From: an uncultured Deinococcaceae bacterium
GTDB taxonomy: Bacteria > Deinococcota > Deinococci > Deinococcales > Deinococcaceae
DNA length: 64,000 bases
Reading direction: 5' to 3'
NCBI GenBank assembly: GCA_964252075.1
Contig: CAXULY010000031.1
Coordinates: 1-64,000, forward strand
In this document: positions 21,572 to 35,074 of the stretch, one piece after another
Layout of the letters: each line of letters opens with the position of its first letter
Position numbering within the stretch: the stretch's first letter is position 1
Made by a program: the position numbers and the translations under genes
Notes under the pieces: model-generated
Databases searched by the model: none
What the model saw: the letters and a program-made list of their open reading frames with translations, nothing else
What the model was told of the DNA's origin: nothing

Positions 21572-23521
21572 ATGACCCTCGAACCCCAGGTGCGCGAACA
21601 GAACGCCAACGCCCAGCAGACGCCCGCCACGGGGCATCACGATCCCCTGCAGCTCAGCGTGCCCACCGCCATCCCACTGGCCCTCGCGGGTGCCCCGCAG
21701 GCGGCGCCCGGCGGCCACGCGCCCGCCACGCCCGACGCCGCCGCTGCCGCGCTGCACAGTCTGATTGAGGGGCAAACGGTGCGGGAGTCCACCACCGGGA
21801 GTCCCGCCACCTTGCTGGTGGGCGTGGAAGCGGCCGCGGACGTGCGGCTGGGCTCCACCCGCAAGCTCGTGCGCGACGAGGGCTGGCTCTCGGGGCCGCG
21901 CTACGCCAGCCTGGAGCACGCGCAGGGCCAGCTGCTGGCCCTGCTGGAGCGCCTGCGGCACAGCGGTGAGCTCACGGGCGCTGTCAGCGCGTACGAGCGG
22001 CGTTACGGGCAAAACCTGTACGCCGTGCTGGGCGAGCGCCTGCGCGACCCGAACGAACGCCAGCGGGCGCTCGCGCTGCTGCCCGCCCCCATTCCCGAGG
22101 CACAGCTCACGCAGGACGCCTTCCTGGAGCAGCTCGCGGTGGGCATGGTGTACCAGAACGAGGGCGCAGCGGACCTGCAGGGCATGGCGCGCGAGGACCG
22201 CCGCGCCAGCAGCCCGCACACCATCCTGGAGACCTTCGGCTTCCAGGCGGGACCGCCCGTGAGCGGCAAGTGGGGCTTCCAGATGCGGGTGTTCCTGCCC
22301 GTGCAGGGCAAGGCGCGCTGGCCGAACCCCATCGTGGCCTTCCGCGGCACCGAAGGCATTCAGTTCGACGCGGACGGCCAGAAGGCCGCGCGCCAGCAGC
22401 CCGAGCCCGGCCACCCGCTCGACCCGGCGCGGGTGGGCAAGGCGCGCGAGGGCACGCTCGACACGGTGGTGGGGGACGCCGCACCCGCCGGGGTGGGGTA
22501 CAACCAGTTCGAGCAGAACGCGGAGCTCATCGCGCGCGTCGTGGCGGGCGCACACGCGCACGGCGCGCTCATCATGGTCGGGCACTCGCTGGGCGGCGCC
22601 CTCGCGCAACTCGCCGCCGCGCGCTTCGTGGACCAGACGGCGCGCTGCGTGACCTTCCAGTCGCCCGGCATCGACCGCGCCGACGTGGAGCGCGTGCGGC
22701 GATTCAACAGCGCGCACGCCGATCACCCCATGCTCGCCCACCACTACCGCATTGACGGGGACGTGGTGCCCACCGCGGGCGAGGCGAACCTGCCCGGCGA
22801 GATTCATTACTTCGACCGCGTCACCAGACCCAAGGGCAGCGGCGGCCGCTACGACACCGAGGCCCTCTCCTTCGACACCCTGAACCTCCCGCGCGCCACG
22901 GCGGGGCACGTCTCCCCCATGCTCAGCACGTACCTGCGCGGAGGGCACCCGCAGGGCGGCGCGCTCGGCACGCTCGCCGCCTCCGGCCTGCACGACGAGG
23001 GCAGCCTCGGGCCGCACGCGCAGGACGTCGGCATGGTGTATGGCGGGCGCTACAGCGCCGACCGCGACCCGCGCCTGAACCAGGAGGCCGCGCGGCGCAG
23101 CAAGGGCAGCTTCGCCATGCGGCACACCGACATGTACGAGGCGGTGTACTACGAGAACATCGCGTACAACACCCTGCTGGAGCGCGTGGAGGGCCTCGCG
23201 TCGGGCGGGCAGGCCCGCACCTTCGCGGAGTTCCGCACGGCGGCCGTGCACCTCATCCAGTCCAGCGACCGCCTGCCCCTCAGCGCGCGCGACCGCGCGC
23301 TGGGCCAGCAGTTCCAGCTGCCCGCCACCGAAACGGACTACGCGCACCCCATTCCGACGGGCGCGGGCGTCCCTGTGTTCGCCCGTCAGGACTCACGCTT
23401 CACTGAAATGCAGCGCAGCGGCGTGGAGATCACGGGCGCGGTGCAGGTCCGGGTGCGCAACGAACTGATCCGCATCTGGCAGTCGTGGCATCCGGAAGGC
23501 AGCGAGGGCCGCTCGCCGTGA
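21572..23521 (+). CDS. Lipase class-3-like protein (putative phospholipase effector)
   Basis: IVAFRGTE, GHSLGGALA, TFQSPG, GDVVP. Confidence 0.75.
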   Translation: MTLEPQVREQNANAQQTPATGHHDPLQLSVPTAIPLALAGAPQAAPGGHAPATPDAAAAALHSLIEGQTVRESTTGSPATLLVGVEAAADVRLGSTRKLVRDEGWLSGPRYASLEHAQGQLLALLERLRHSGELTGAVSAYERRYGQNLYAVLGERLRDPNERQRALALLPAPIPEAQLTQDAFLEQLAVGMVYQNEGAADLQGMAREDRRASSPHTILETFGFQAGPPVSGKWGFQMRVFLPVQGKARWPNPIVAFRGTEGIQFDADGQKAARQQPEPGHPLDPARVGKAREGTLDTVVGDAAPAGVGYNQFEQNAELIARVVAGAHAHGALIMVGHSLGGALAQLAAARFVDQTARCVTFQSPGIDRADVERVRRFNSAHADHPMLAHHYRIDGDVVPTAGEANLPGEIHYFDRVTRPKGSGGRYDTEALSFDTLNLPRATAGHVSPMLSTYLRGGHPQGGALGTLAASGLHDEGSLGPHAQDVGMVYGGRYSADRDPRLNQEAARRSKGSFAMRHTDMYEAVYYENIAYNTLLERVEGLASGGQARTFAEFRTAAVHLIQSSDRLPLSARDRALGQQFQLPATETDYAHPIPTGAGVPVFARQDSRFTEMQRSGVEITGAVQVRVRNELIRIWQSWHPEGSEGRSP

Positions 23522-23994
23522 AGCGCTGGCTGCTGCTGAGCGCCCTCAGTGCCGCCGCGGTCCTGGGCGGCTGGGCGGTTCACGCGTCCGCGACGGGGGG
23601 CAGCGTCACAGGGGGAAAGACCATGACCGATCAGGACCTGATGGGCACACTGCAGGCCACGCTCGAGGGCGAGCACCGCCTGGCCATTCACAAGATTGAC
23701 TGCAGCGCGTACTACGAGGCGGGGTACAAGGGCACCAACGCCTGTTACGGCTCCTCGGTGGGCACACAGGAACTGGTGTCCATGCTGCAGGGCGCGGTGG
23801 ACAAGCTGGCCTTCAGTGGCGGCTGGCGCGAGGATTACGGCGTGTGGGGCTCCTTCTACGAGGCGCGTGACGGCAGCAGGCGGACCTTCGGCATCACCGT
23901 GAACCCCGTGCAGGGCAACGACGAACTCCAGGCCATCCGGGAGATCAAGTCCTTCAGGAATTTCGTGACGGTCACGGTGGACCAGCCCCGCTAG
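23518..23994 (+). CDS. Exported hypothetical protein (putative immunity)
   Basis: GTGA overlap with the lipase gene; N-terminal signal peptide KRWLLLSALSAAAVLGG; two Cys. Confidence 0.6.
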   Translation: MKRWLLLSALSAAAVLGGWAVHASATGGSVTGGKTMTDQDLMGTLQATLEGEHRLAIHKIDCSAYYEAGYKGTNACYGSSVGTQELVSMLQGAVDKLAFSGGWREDYGVWGSFYEARDGSRRTFGITVNPVQGNDELQAIREIKSFRNFVTVTVDQPR

Positions 23995-23998
23995 CGCC

Positions 23999-24304
23999 GT
24001 GGATGCCTTCGCGTTCCGGGCGTTGGGGTGCCAGAGCAGCGTGCTGGGGGTGCTGGCCCTGCTGGCGGCAGGGCCAGCGTTCGTGCTGAGCCTGTTCGCG
24101 CTGGGCTTCAACGACAACGGCTCGCCGGAGGGGTACGCAACGGGCACGGGGCTGCTGGGGGCGTCACAGTGGCTGCTGTACGGCGGCGTGGCGCTGCTGC
24201 TGGGCGGCATGGTGCTGTGCGTGCTGCCGTGGTTCCGCCCGGAGCCCCCGCCCACCCCGCTAAATCAGGACCGCGCGGGTCAGGACACCTCTCCCCTCCC
24301 CTGA
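23999..24304 (+). CDS. Small 2-TM membrane hypothetical protein
   Basis: Two hydrophobic segments; fills the gap before sco. Confidence 0.5.
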   Translation: MDAFAFRALGCQSSVLGVLALLAAGPAFVLSLFALGFNDNGSPEGYATGTGLLGASQWLLYGGVALLLGGMVLCVLPWFRPEPPPTPLNQDRAGQDTSPLP

Positions 24305-24320
24305 CCGCTAGGCTGGGGGC

Positions 24321-24908
24321 ATGAAATGGTTGACGGCGGCCCTGCTGGTGGTCGCGCTCGGGCTGGCGGGCGTGCTGGCGTACACCCGCCTGGGCGGTGG
24401 GCCGCAGCACGGCAGCAGCGTGGACAGCATGCCGCAGGTGCCGGACCTGAGCCTCACCGGGGATGCTGGCGGGGCGGTGCGTCCGTTCGGGCGTTCGGAG
24501 CAGGTGCGGCTGGTGTTCTTCGGATTCACGCGCTGCCCGGACGTGTGCCCGGCGACGCTGGGGGTGCTGGCGCGCAGCTTCGAGGCGCTCTCGCCCGCGC
24601 AGCAGGCGCAGGTGCGGGTGGATTTCGTGACGGTGGACCCGGCGTTCGACACCCCGAAGCAGATCCGCGCGTACCTGGATCACTTCAACAGGAGCTTCGC
24701 GGGGTACACGGGCACGGCGGACAACCTGGCGGCGCTGCGCAAGGCCTTCTTCGTGTACTCGAATGAGGTGAAGCCCAGCCAGTTCCAGCATGGGGACACG
24801 GTGGCGGTGCTGGACGGTCAGGGGCGCTTCCGGCGGGTGTACGACGGGCAGGACGTGGCGCAGGGCGGCCTCGCGGCGGACCTCCCGAGGCTGATCCGGG
24901 CCTTCTGA
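24321..24908 (+). CDS. sco: SCO family copper chaperone
   Basis: FGFTRCPDVCP, TVDP, QH; leaderless TAGGCT -10. Confidence 0.92.
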   Translation: MKWLTAALLVVALGLAGVLAYTRLGGGPQHGSSVDSMPQVPDLSLTGDAGGAVRPFGRSEQVRLVFFGFTRCPDVCPATLGVLARSFEALSPAQQAQVRVDFVTVDPAFDTPKQIRAYLDHFNRSFAGYTGTADNLAALRKAFFVYSNEVKPSQFQHGDTVAVLDGQGRFRRVYDGQDVAQGGLAADLPRLIRAF

Positions 24909-24911
24909 GGG

Positions 24912-25316
24912 ATGGGAGTGAGGCGGCCCTTCTCGCGCTTCGTGCTGCTCGCGGCGGCGCTGTACGCCCTGAGCGTCGCGGTGGGTCAGGGGCTGTACAC
25001 GGTCCTGAATGCCTCGGCGCAGGCCCACCCCTTCGCCCTGCTGGTCCGGCTCGCCGCCCTGAGCGTGGTGTTCGTGTGGGCGGCCCGGGCGGCCCCCGAC
25101 CGCCGCGCCCTCCCGCCCGTCGCCCTGGTGTGGGCGTCACTGTGGATCATCGTGCTGGTGTGGTCCGGCGGTCTGAAGGCGCCCGCCGTGCGGGACCCGC
25201 TCCTCGGGTACATCGTCGGGGTCATCGTGTCGCTGGTGGTGGTGGGGCTGTTGCACTGGGGCCTCCTGCTGGGTCTGCGCCGGTTCCTGGTGCGCCTGGG
25301 TCGGGTCAGCGCCTGA
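24912..25316 (+). CDS. Membrane hypothetical protein
   Basis: Four hydrophobic helices; starts 3 nt after sco. Confidence 0.55.
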   Translation: MGVRRPFSRFVLLAAALYALSVAVGQGLYTVLNASAQAHPFALLVRLAALSVVFVWAARAAPDRRALPPVALVWASLWIIVLVWSGGLKAPAVRDPLLGYIVGVIVSLVVVGLLHWGLLLGLRRFLVRLGRVSA

Positions 25317-25330
25317 GCCCCTATCCATGA

Positions 25331-25347
25331 CTTCGCAAATAGCGTAA
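25331..25347 (+). promoter_or_regulatory. RDRM (DdrO operator) upstream of ruvB
   Basis: CTTCGCAAATAGCGTAA matches the 17-bp radiation/desiccation response motif and overlaps the TAAAAT -10. Confidence 0.85.
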
Positions 25348-25357
25348 AATAGCGGGC

Positions 25358-26347
<990 letters not shown>

Positions 26348-26666
26348 GCGAGATGGGTTTTTAGGGCAGGGAGCAGTGACCAGATGTCACCGCCCCCTGC
26401 CCCATTCGCATGAGGTGACCGCCACCCGTCACCGTCCCATATTGGTCCAATCCCGGGCGCTGGACCGATGTGCTTGGGGTCGTGACGCGTGAAAAGGCCC
26501 GCCCAGCGCGGGCCCTCATTCATGCATCCTTTTATGCGTTTCAGACGAACAAAATCCCTGCTTTACGGGGAGCCCAGATCGCGCGTACACTGATGACCTA
26601 CCTGCGCGCCCGGCCCGCCCTTCTTGCGGTCGCCTCGGCCAGGCGGCAGCGGAAGGGAGAACACCA

Positions 26667-28439
26667 GTGGGGGCCAAGGAGGAGGTGCGTGCGCGTTTAC
26701 CGATCGCCGAGCTGATCGGCGAGTACGTGCGTCTCGCCCCGGCCGGGCAGGGCCGCCTGAAGGGCCTGTGCCCCTTCCATAAGGAGAAATCCCCGAGCTT
26801 CCAGGTGGACACCGTGCAGGGGTACTTCTACTGCTTCGGGTGCAAGGCGGGCGGCGACGCCTTCAACTTCCTGATGCGCGTCGAGAACCTGAGTTTCGGG
26901 GACGCCCTGCGCAAACTCGCGGAGCGCACGGGCGTGCAGATGGAGGCGGTGTACGGGGAGCGCCAGAGCCGCGACCTGTACGACGTGAACGCCTTCGCGC
27001 TGGAGTACTTCCGGGAGTCGCTGGCGGGGCCCGGCCTGGAGTACTTCACGCGGCGCGGCCTCACGCGCGCCACCCTGGACGCCTTCGAGCTGGGGTACGC
27101 GCCCGAAGGCTGGGATGGCCTGCTGAAGCGCGGGCGCGCGCGCGGCTTCTCGGACCGGCAGCTCATGGACGCCGGCCTGCTGAGCGAGAACACCGAATCG
27201 GGGCGCGTGTACGACCGCTTTCGTGGGCGCGTGATGTTCCCCATCCGCGATCACCTGGGGCGCCTGGTGGGCTTCGGGGGGCGCGTGCTGGGCGACGAGA
27301 AACCCAAGTACCTGAACACCCCGGAGACCGAGGTGTTCAAGAAGAGCGAGCTGCTGTACGGTCTGGACAAGGCGCGCGTGCCCGCGCAGAAGGGCGGCGA
27401 GCTGGTGGTGGTGGAGGGGTACATGGACGTGATCGCCATGCACCAGCACGGTTTCTCCACGGCCGTCGCGACGCTCGGCACGGCCCTCACGGCGGAGCAC
27501 GCCACCCTGCTGTCCCGGCAGGGCATCGCGCGCCTCGCGCTGATGTTCGACCGGGACGAGGCCGGGCAGAAGGCGACGCTCGCGGGACTGGATCAGGTGA
27601 TCGGCGCGAGTTTCGACGTGCGCGCCGTGACGGTGCCGGACGGCAAGGACCCGGCAGACGCCCTCGCGGGCGGCGACACGCGCGCCATCCAGCACGCCCT
27701 CACGCACGGCCTGGATGAGGTGGAGGTGCGCGTCGCGAGCGTGCTGGACCGCCATGATCTCAGCTCCACCGAAGGCAAGCGCGCCGTGCTGATGGCGCTC
27801 CTGCCGCGCATGCAGTACCAGGAGCTGGGCAGTGGGCCGGAGGGTGTGGCCCTGAAGCTCAGGCGCATCGTGGCGGAGCGCCTCGACATGAACGAGGTGC
27901 GCCTCGCGGAGTGGATCGAGAGCAAAGCGAAACGCAAGACCCTCACGGAGACGCACCTCGCGGGGATGAGCACGCGCAGCCACGAGGAGGACCAGGAGAT
28001 GGCCCTCCTGAAGCAGGTGCTGCTCGCGCCGGACCTCATGGCGAAACTGGACGGCCTCACGCCGTGGCGCAACGAGACCGTCAAGAAGGTCATGCTGGCC
28101 GCGCGCGGCGCGCGCAGCCCCGAGGACATCCTGGAACTCTTCCGCGGGCAGCCGGAGGAGCAGCTCCTGATTCGCCTGATGTTCGAGGGCCGCGATGGCG
28201 GTGCGCTCAGCCGCGAGGCGAGCCAGCAGTACGACCAGAAGGTCACGAGTTACGCGGCGGCGGCGGTGGATGACATTCAGTTCAAGCTGACGGTCGGGCA
28301 GATGCAGGAGGAGATCGCGGCGCTCAAGAAGCAGCTGCTGGCCGTGAAGGGCGCCGAGCAGCTGGGCGTGCTGAAACAGATTCAGGACCTGCAGCGCGCG
28401 GTCGAGGCGGAGAAACGCTCCCGCAAGATGGAAGCCTGA
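26667..28439 (+). CDS. dnaG: DNA primase
   Basis: [11 protein letters not shown]...CFGC zinc finger, [23 protein letters not shown]. Confidence 0.97.
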   Translation: MGAKEEVRARLPIAELIGEYVRLAPAGQGRLKGLCPFHKEKSPSFQVDTVQGYFYCFGCKAGGDAFNFLMRVENLSFGDALRKLAERTGVQMEAVYGERQSRDLYDVNAFALEYFRESLAGPGLEYFTRRGLTRATLDAFELGYAPEGWDGLLKRGRARGFSDRQLMDAGLLSENTESGRVYDRFRGRVMFPIRDHLGRLVGFGGRVLGDEKPKYLNTPETEVFKKSELLYGLDKARVPAQKGGELVVVEGYMDVIAMHQHGFSTAVATLGTALTAEHATLLSRQGIARLALMFDRDEAGQKATLAGLDQVIGASFDVRAVTVPDGKDPADALAGGDTRAIQHALTHGLDEVEVRVASVLDRHDLSSTEGKRAVLMALLPRMQYQELGSGPEGVALKLRRIVAERLDMNEVRLAEWIESKAKRKTLTETHLAGMSTRSHEEDQEMALLKQVLLAPDLMAKLDGLTPWRNETVKKVMLAARGARSPEDILELFRGQPEEQLLIRLMFEGRDGGALSREASQQYDQKVTSYAAAAVDDIQFKLTVGQMQEEIAALKKQLLAVKGAEQLGVLKQIQDLQRAVEAEKRSRKMEA

Positions 28440-28445
28440 CGCGCG

Positions 28446-28967
28446 TCAGGCTTCCGCGCCGCCCGGCATGACGGTGTCCGGGTCCACGCCCAGGATGTCC
28501 AGCGCGCGCTGCCAGCGGTCCTGCGGCGGCACCTCCAGCACCAATTCCGGCCCGGCCTCCACCCACAGCCAGCTGCCCTCCTTGATCTCGCTGTCCAGCT
28601 GACCGGCGCCCCAGCCCGCGTACCCCAGCATGAGCATGAAGGTGCCGGGGGTGGTCAGCACCTCCTGCAGCACCTCCAGGCTGCTGGTCACGCACAGGTC
28701 CGGCGCGAGTTTGATCTCGCCGCTCAGCCCGGTGGGGCGCTGGTACAGGCACCAGCCCACCTGCGGCTCGATGGGGCCGCCCACCCAGGCGCGCTCCTGA
28801 CGCCCGCGCGCCTGCGGCAGCAGGTCGCCGATGGCCATGTCCGTCTGGAGGTTCACGATGAGGCCCATCGCGCCCTCGGCGGCGTGCTCGAAGAGCAGAA
28901 TCACGCTGCGTTCGAACATGCCGCCGGAGAGGTGCGGGCTGGCCACGAGGTAGGTGAGGGGCGCCAT
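28446..28967 (-). CDS. YqgE/AlgH family protein
   Basis: LVASP...FERSVIL, GAMGLIVN, GGP, GYAGWGAGQLDSEI. Confidence 0.92.
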   Translation of the reverse strand: MAPLTYLVASPHLSGGMFERSVILLFEHAAEGAMGLIVNLQTDMAIGDLLPQARGRQERAWVGGPIEPQVGWCLYQRPTGLSGEIKLAPDLCVTSSLEVLQEVLTTPGTFMLMLGYAGWGAGQLDSEIKEGSWLWVEAGPELVLEVPPQDRWQRALDILGVDPDTVMPGGAEA

Positions 28968-29111
28968 GCTGGCCCCAGCATACCGGGCGACGCTCATGAA
29001 CGCCTGCGGTGGACCTTCAGGCGTATTCACCAGAAGCACAGCCACGCCGCCAGCACCACCTGTCTTCCCCGGCGCGCAGCACCTGCTCAGGCGCCCACCT
29101 TTCCAGAGCAA

Positions 29112-29146
29112 AGAAGGAGGACCCCCAGCGCGGGGGTCCTCCTTCT
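29112..29146 (-). terminator. lon terminator
   Basis: 15-bp perfect stem agaaggaggaccccc/gggggtcctccttct. Confidence 0.8.
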
Positions 29147-29157
29147 GGCTGGCGCGG

Positions 29158-31611
<2,454 letters not shown>

Positions 31612-31981
31612 ACTTACCGTCCTTTCGCCTATAAAACCTGAGTGTTACTATATCAAGGCTAATGGCTCCTGGTGGGGGGGCGGTTACACTCCTGGCCAGA
31701 CCCGCTGGCCCCGCTCCTGGCGCGACTTTGGGGGACACCACTCACCCCCTACCGACACCCTACTCCGCAAAGCTGACAGAAACCTCACTGCTCGCCTCAC
31801 CGGAAGTGAATGCAGCGGTGCGCTCACCCTGTTGTACACACCCGGACCGCGCGCGGATGGCAGCGGCGCGCTTCTCGGCTACAGTGAGGGGCAAGCTCGG
31901 CCGCACATCGACTGGCGTCCCCTCCCCGACCGGCGGCGCTCCAGTCGCCCACGGGGCCATGCAGAACGGAGCCCTGAACGC

Positions 31982-32890
31982 ATGACCGTGACGCCCGCCG
32001 CCCCCAGACGCCCCACGCGCCGCTTCGAGCGCGCCACCGCACCCTGGTACCTGTTCCTGCCCAGCGCGCTGCCCATCCTGCTGTTCTCCGTGCTGCCGCT
32101 GCTGCAGGGCGTGTACCTGGGCTTCACGGACGCGCAGCTCGGGCAGGACGCGCGGCACTTCGTGGGCCTGCGGCACTTCGCGGAGATGCTGCGCGACACG
32201 CAGTTCCTGGCGTCCTTCCAGGTGGGCGCCGTCTGGACGGTCAGCGTCACGGCGCTCGTGATGGTGCTGGGCACCGCGCTGGCGCTGCTGCTGAACGCGA
32301 ACCTGCCGCTGCAGGGCCTCGCGCGCGTGCTGGTGCTGATCCCCTGGGCGATCCCGCCCGTCATCAAGGGCCTGATCTGGCGCATGGTGTACCACCCGGA
32401 CGCCGGCTTCCTGAACCAGGGCCTGCAGGCGCTGGGCCTGCGGGACGTGCACCTGAACGTGCTGAGCGACTTCACGTGGGCGCTGCCCGCCGTGATCCTT
32501 GTGGGCGTGTGGGCGGGCCTGCCGCAGGCGAGCGTGGTGCTGCTCGCGGGCCTGCAGAGCATCCCCGATGAGCTGCGCGAGGCCGCCGCGCTGGACGGCG
32601 CGGGCGCCTGGGCGAACTTCCGGTGGGTGACCCTGCCGCTCCTCATGCCGGTCTTCGTGGCGACCGCTGCGCTGGAATTCCTGTGGAACTTCAGCGCCTT
32701 CGGGCTGGTGTACGTGCTGACCGAGGGCGGCCCGGCAGGCACCACGAAACTCCCCATGCTGTTCGCGTACGAGGAGGCCTTCAGCTTCGGGAACATCGGG
32801 TACGCGTCCGCGCTGGGCCTCGCGATGGTTGTGGTGGTGGGCGTGTTCGTGTTCCTCGCGGTGCGGCGGCAGTTCCGGGGCGGCGCGTGA
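31982..32890 (+). CDS. Carbohydrate ABC permease
   Basis: LAGLQSIPDELREAAALDGA EAA loop. Confidence 0.9.
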   Translation: MTVTPAAPRRPTRRFERATAPWYLFLPSALPILLFSVLPLLQGVYLGFTDAQLGQDARHFVGLRHFAEMLRDTQFLASFQVGAVWTVSVTALVMVLGTALALLLNANLPLQGLARVLVLIPWAIPPVIKGLIWRMVYHPDAGFLNQGLQALGLRDVHLNVLSDFTWALPAVILVGVWAGLPQASVVLLAGLQSIPDELREAAALDGAGAWANFRWVTLPLLMPVFVATAALEFLWNFSAFGLVYVLTEGGPAGTTKLPMLFAYEEAFSFGNIGYASALGLAMVVVVGVFVFLAVRRQFRGGA

Positions 32891-33729
32891 ACCGCCTGCT
32901 GCACCGCCAGCTGCCGCGCGCCCTCATGACGCTCGCGCTCCTCGCGTTCGTGCTGTTCCTGGCCTTCCCGGTGGTGTGGCTGGCCCTCACGGCCTTCAAG
33001 CCCGCCAGCGAGATCGGGCTGGGGCAGCCGCACCTGCTGCCGCAGGCGCCGACCCTGGAGAACTTCCGCACCGCGATTCAGGAGCAGGGCGTGCTGCTCA
33101 GCGCGTACAACACCCTAAAGGTGAGCGCCATCTCCGCCGTGCTCACCCTGCTCATCGCGACGCCCGCCGCGTACCTGCTGGCGCGCCACAAGAGCCCCAT
33201 GAACCGCGCCGTGACTGCCTGGGTGCTGGTGTCGCAGACCTTCCCGGTCATCCTGGTGATCGTGCCGCTCTTCCTGCTGCTCGCGCGGCTCGGGCTGGTG
33301 GACACCCACGCCGGGCTGGTTCTGGTGTACGTGGTGTGGAGCCTGCCCTTCGTGCTGTGGACCCTGCAGGGCTACGTGCGCGGCATCCCGGTGTCGCTGG
33401 AGGAAGCGGCGGGCATGGACGGCGCGAACGGCTGGCAGGTCATGCGCTTCGTGCTGGTGCCGCTGCTGGTGCCGGGCCTCGTCGCGACCGGCCTGTACGC
33501 CTTCATCAACGCCTGGAACGAGTTCTTTTTCGCGCTGGTGCTGCTCAAGTCCCCGGAGCTCGTGACCATCCAGGTGAGCCTCTCGCGCCTGCGCGGCGTG
33601 GAGGGCCTCGCCCGCTGGGGCCCCCTCGCGGCGGGCAGCCTGATCGCCACCGTGCCCACCCTGCTGCTGTTCGCCGTGCTGCAGCGCCGACTCGTGTCGG
33701 GCCTGCTGGGCGGCGCCACCAAGGAATAA
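32887..33729 (+). CDS. Carbohydrate ABC permease
   Basis: IPVSLEEAAGMDGA, AWNEFF; GTGA overlap. Confidence 0.9.
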   Translation: MNRLLHRQLPRALMTLALLAFVLFLAFPVVWLALTAFKPASEIGLGQPHLLPQAPTLENFRTAIQEQGVLLSAYNTLKVSAISAVLTLLIATPAAYLLARHKSPMNRAVTAWVLVSQTFPVILVIVPLFLLLARLGLVDTHAGLVLVYVVWSLPFVLWTLQGYVRGIPVSLEEAAGMDGANGWQVMRFVLVPLLVPGLVATGLYAFINAWNEFFFALVLLKSPELVTIQVSLSRLRGVEGLARWGPLAAGSLIATVPTLLLFAVLQRRLVSGLLGGATKE

Positions 33730-33740
33730 AGGAGATCCGC

Positions 33741-35024
33741 ATGAACAAAGCCCGCATCACCGCGCTCGCCCTCGCCCTCGCCCTCGGCACCGCCACCGCG
33801 CAGGACGTCACGAAGGTCCGCTTCGTGAGCCTCGCGTGGCAGACGGACGCCGTCGCCGCCGTGAAGAGCATCGTGAACGAGTGGAACGCCAAGAACCCCA
33901 AGATTCAGGTGCAGTACCAGCAGGTGGACTGGGGCAGCATCCAGGATTACCTCACCACGTCCTTCGAGTCGAAGAACACCCCGGATCTCGTGCATGACGA
34001 GTCCGGGCCCGTCATGGAGTTCGGGCGGCGCGGGTACCTCACCGACATGACGCCCTTCATCCCGGCGGAGATGAAGCAGGACGTCGCGGCGGGCGCCTGG
34101 AAGACCGTCACGGACGATCAGGGCCACGTGTACGGCGTGCCGTTCCTGTGGGAGTCCCTCATCACGCTGTACAACAAGGACGCCTTCAAGGCGGCGGGCA
34201 TCAAGCCGCCCACCGTGCAGAAACCCTGGACGTGGGAGGACATGCAGCGCGCCGCGAAGCAACTCACGAAGGACACCAACGGGGACGGGCGGCCCGAGCA
34301 GTACGGCGCGGCCTTCGGCCTGCGCGCGGGCGCGAACCGCATCCTGAACCTCAGCCTGGGCTTCGGCGGCGACTACTTCACCAAGCAGAACGGCCGGAAC
34401 GTGCTGCAGGTCGGCGCGAACGAGAAGCAGCTTCTGAAAATCATGATGGACATGCTCTACACCAGCAAGACCGCCTCGCCGGACGGCATCGGGCTGAGCG
34501 GCCCGGAGCTGCTGCCGGGCTTCTACGCCGGGAAGTACGCCATGCTGCCCGGCATCGGGGTGTGGGCGCGCCAGCAGATCGTGGAGGGCGGCCCGAAGAA
34601 CTTCAACTGGGGGGTGCTGCCGCCCCTGAAGGCCACCACGCAGGCGCAGGGCTCCACCACCCAGACGCTCAGCATTCCCGCCGCCGCGAAGAACCCACAG
34701 GCCGCCGCGAAGTTCATGCAGTTCTTCCTGAACCGCGTGAACATGGGGCGCCTCGCGGCGGGCGACTGGCTGTTCCCCACCCGCACCAGCACCTTGGGCG
34801 GCGTGCCCTTCCAGACCGAGAATTACGGCTGGAAGACCAGCACGGCCAGCGCGAAGTCCCTCACGATGGCGGCGTGGCAGCGGGTGGACGGCTTCAGCGA
34901 GGTGAAGAGCAAGGTGCTCACCCCGTACCTGCAGCAGCTCTTCGCGAACCGCATCAGCATTGATGACTTCGCGCGCGGCGTGGAGTCGGACGGCAACGCC
35001 ATCCTGCGCAAGTACGACCGCTGA
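33741..35024 (+). CDS. Sugar ABC substrate-binding protein
   Basis: Signal peptide; YGVPF...LYNKDAFKAAG, PWTWED; AGGAG RBS. Confidence 0.9.
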   Translation: MNKARITALALALALGTATAQDVTKVRFVSLAWQTDAVAAVKSIVNEWNAKNPKIQVQYQQVDWGSIQDYLTTSFESKNTPDLVHDESGPVMEFGRRGYLTDMTPFIPAEMKQDVAAGAWKTVTDDQGHVYGVPFLWESLITLYNKDAFKAAGIKPPTVQKPWTWEDMQRAAKQLTKDTNGDGRPEQYGAAFGLRAGANRILNLSLGFGGDYFTKQNGRNVLQVGANEKQLLKIMMDMLYTSKTASPDGIGLSGPELLPGFYAGKYAMLPGIGVWARQQIVEGGPKNFNWGVLPPLKATTQAQGSTTQTLSIPAAAKNPQAAAKFMQFFLNRVNMGRLAAGDWLFPTRTSTLGGVPFQTENYGWKTSTASAKSLTMAAWQRVDGFSEVKSKVLTPYLQQLFANRISIDDFARGVESDGNAILRKYDR

Positions 35025-35033
35025 GCACAGAAA

Positions 35034-35064
35034 CGCGGGGCCGGGGCAGTGCCCCGGCCCCGCG
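35034..35064. terminator. Hairpin between convergent genes
   Basis: cgcggggccggggca-g-tgccccggccccgcg. Confidence 0.65.
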
Positions 35065-35074
35065 CGCTTGGGTG

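Noticed and set aside
26531..26550. RDRM-like sequence upstream of dnaG
   Set aside because: The outer positions of the 17-bp consensus do not match in any register
31880..31980. GACTGGCG in the sugar ABC leader suggesting a ZTP riboswitch
   Set aside because: Lacks the downstream CCGCCUGGGC pseudoknot element, and the gene context does not fit
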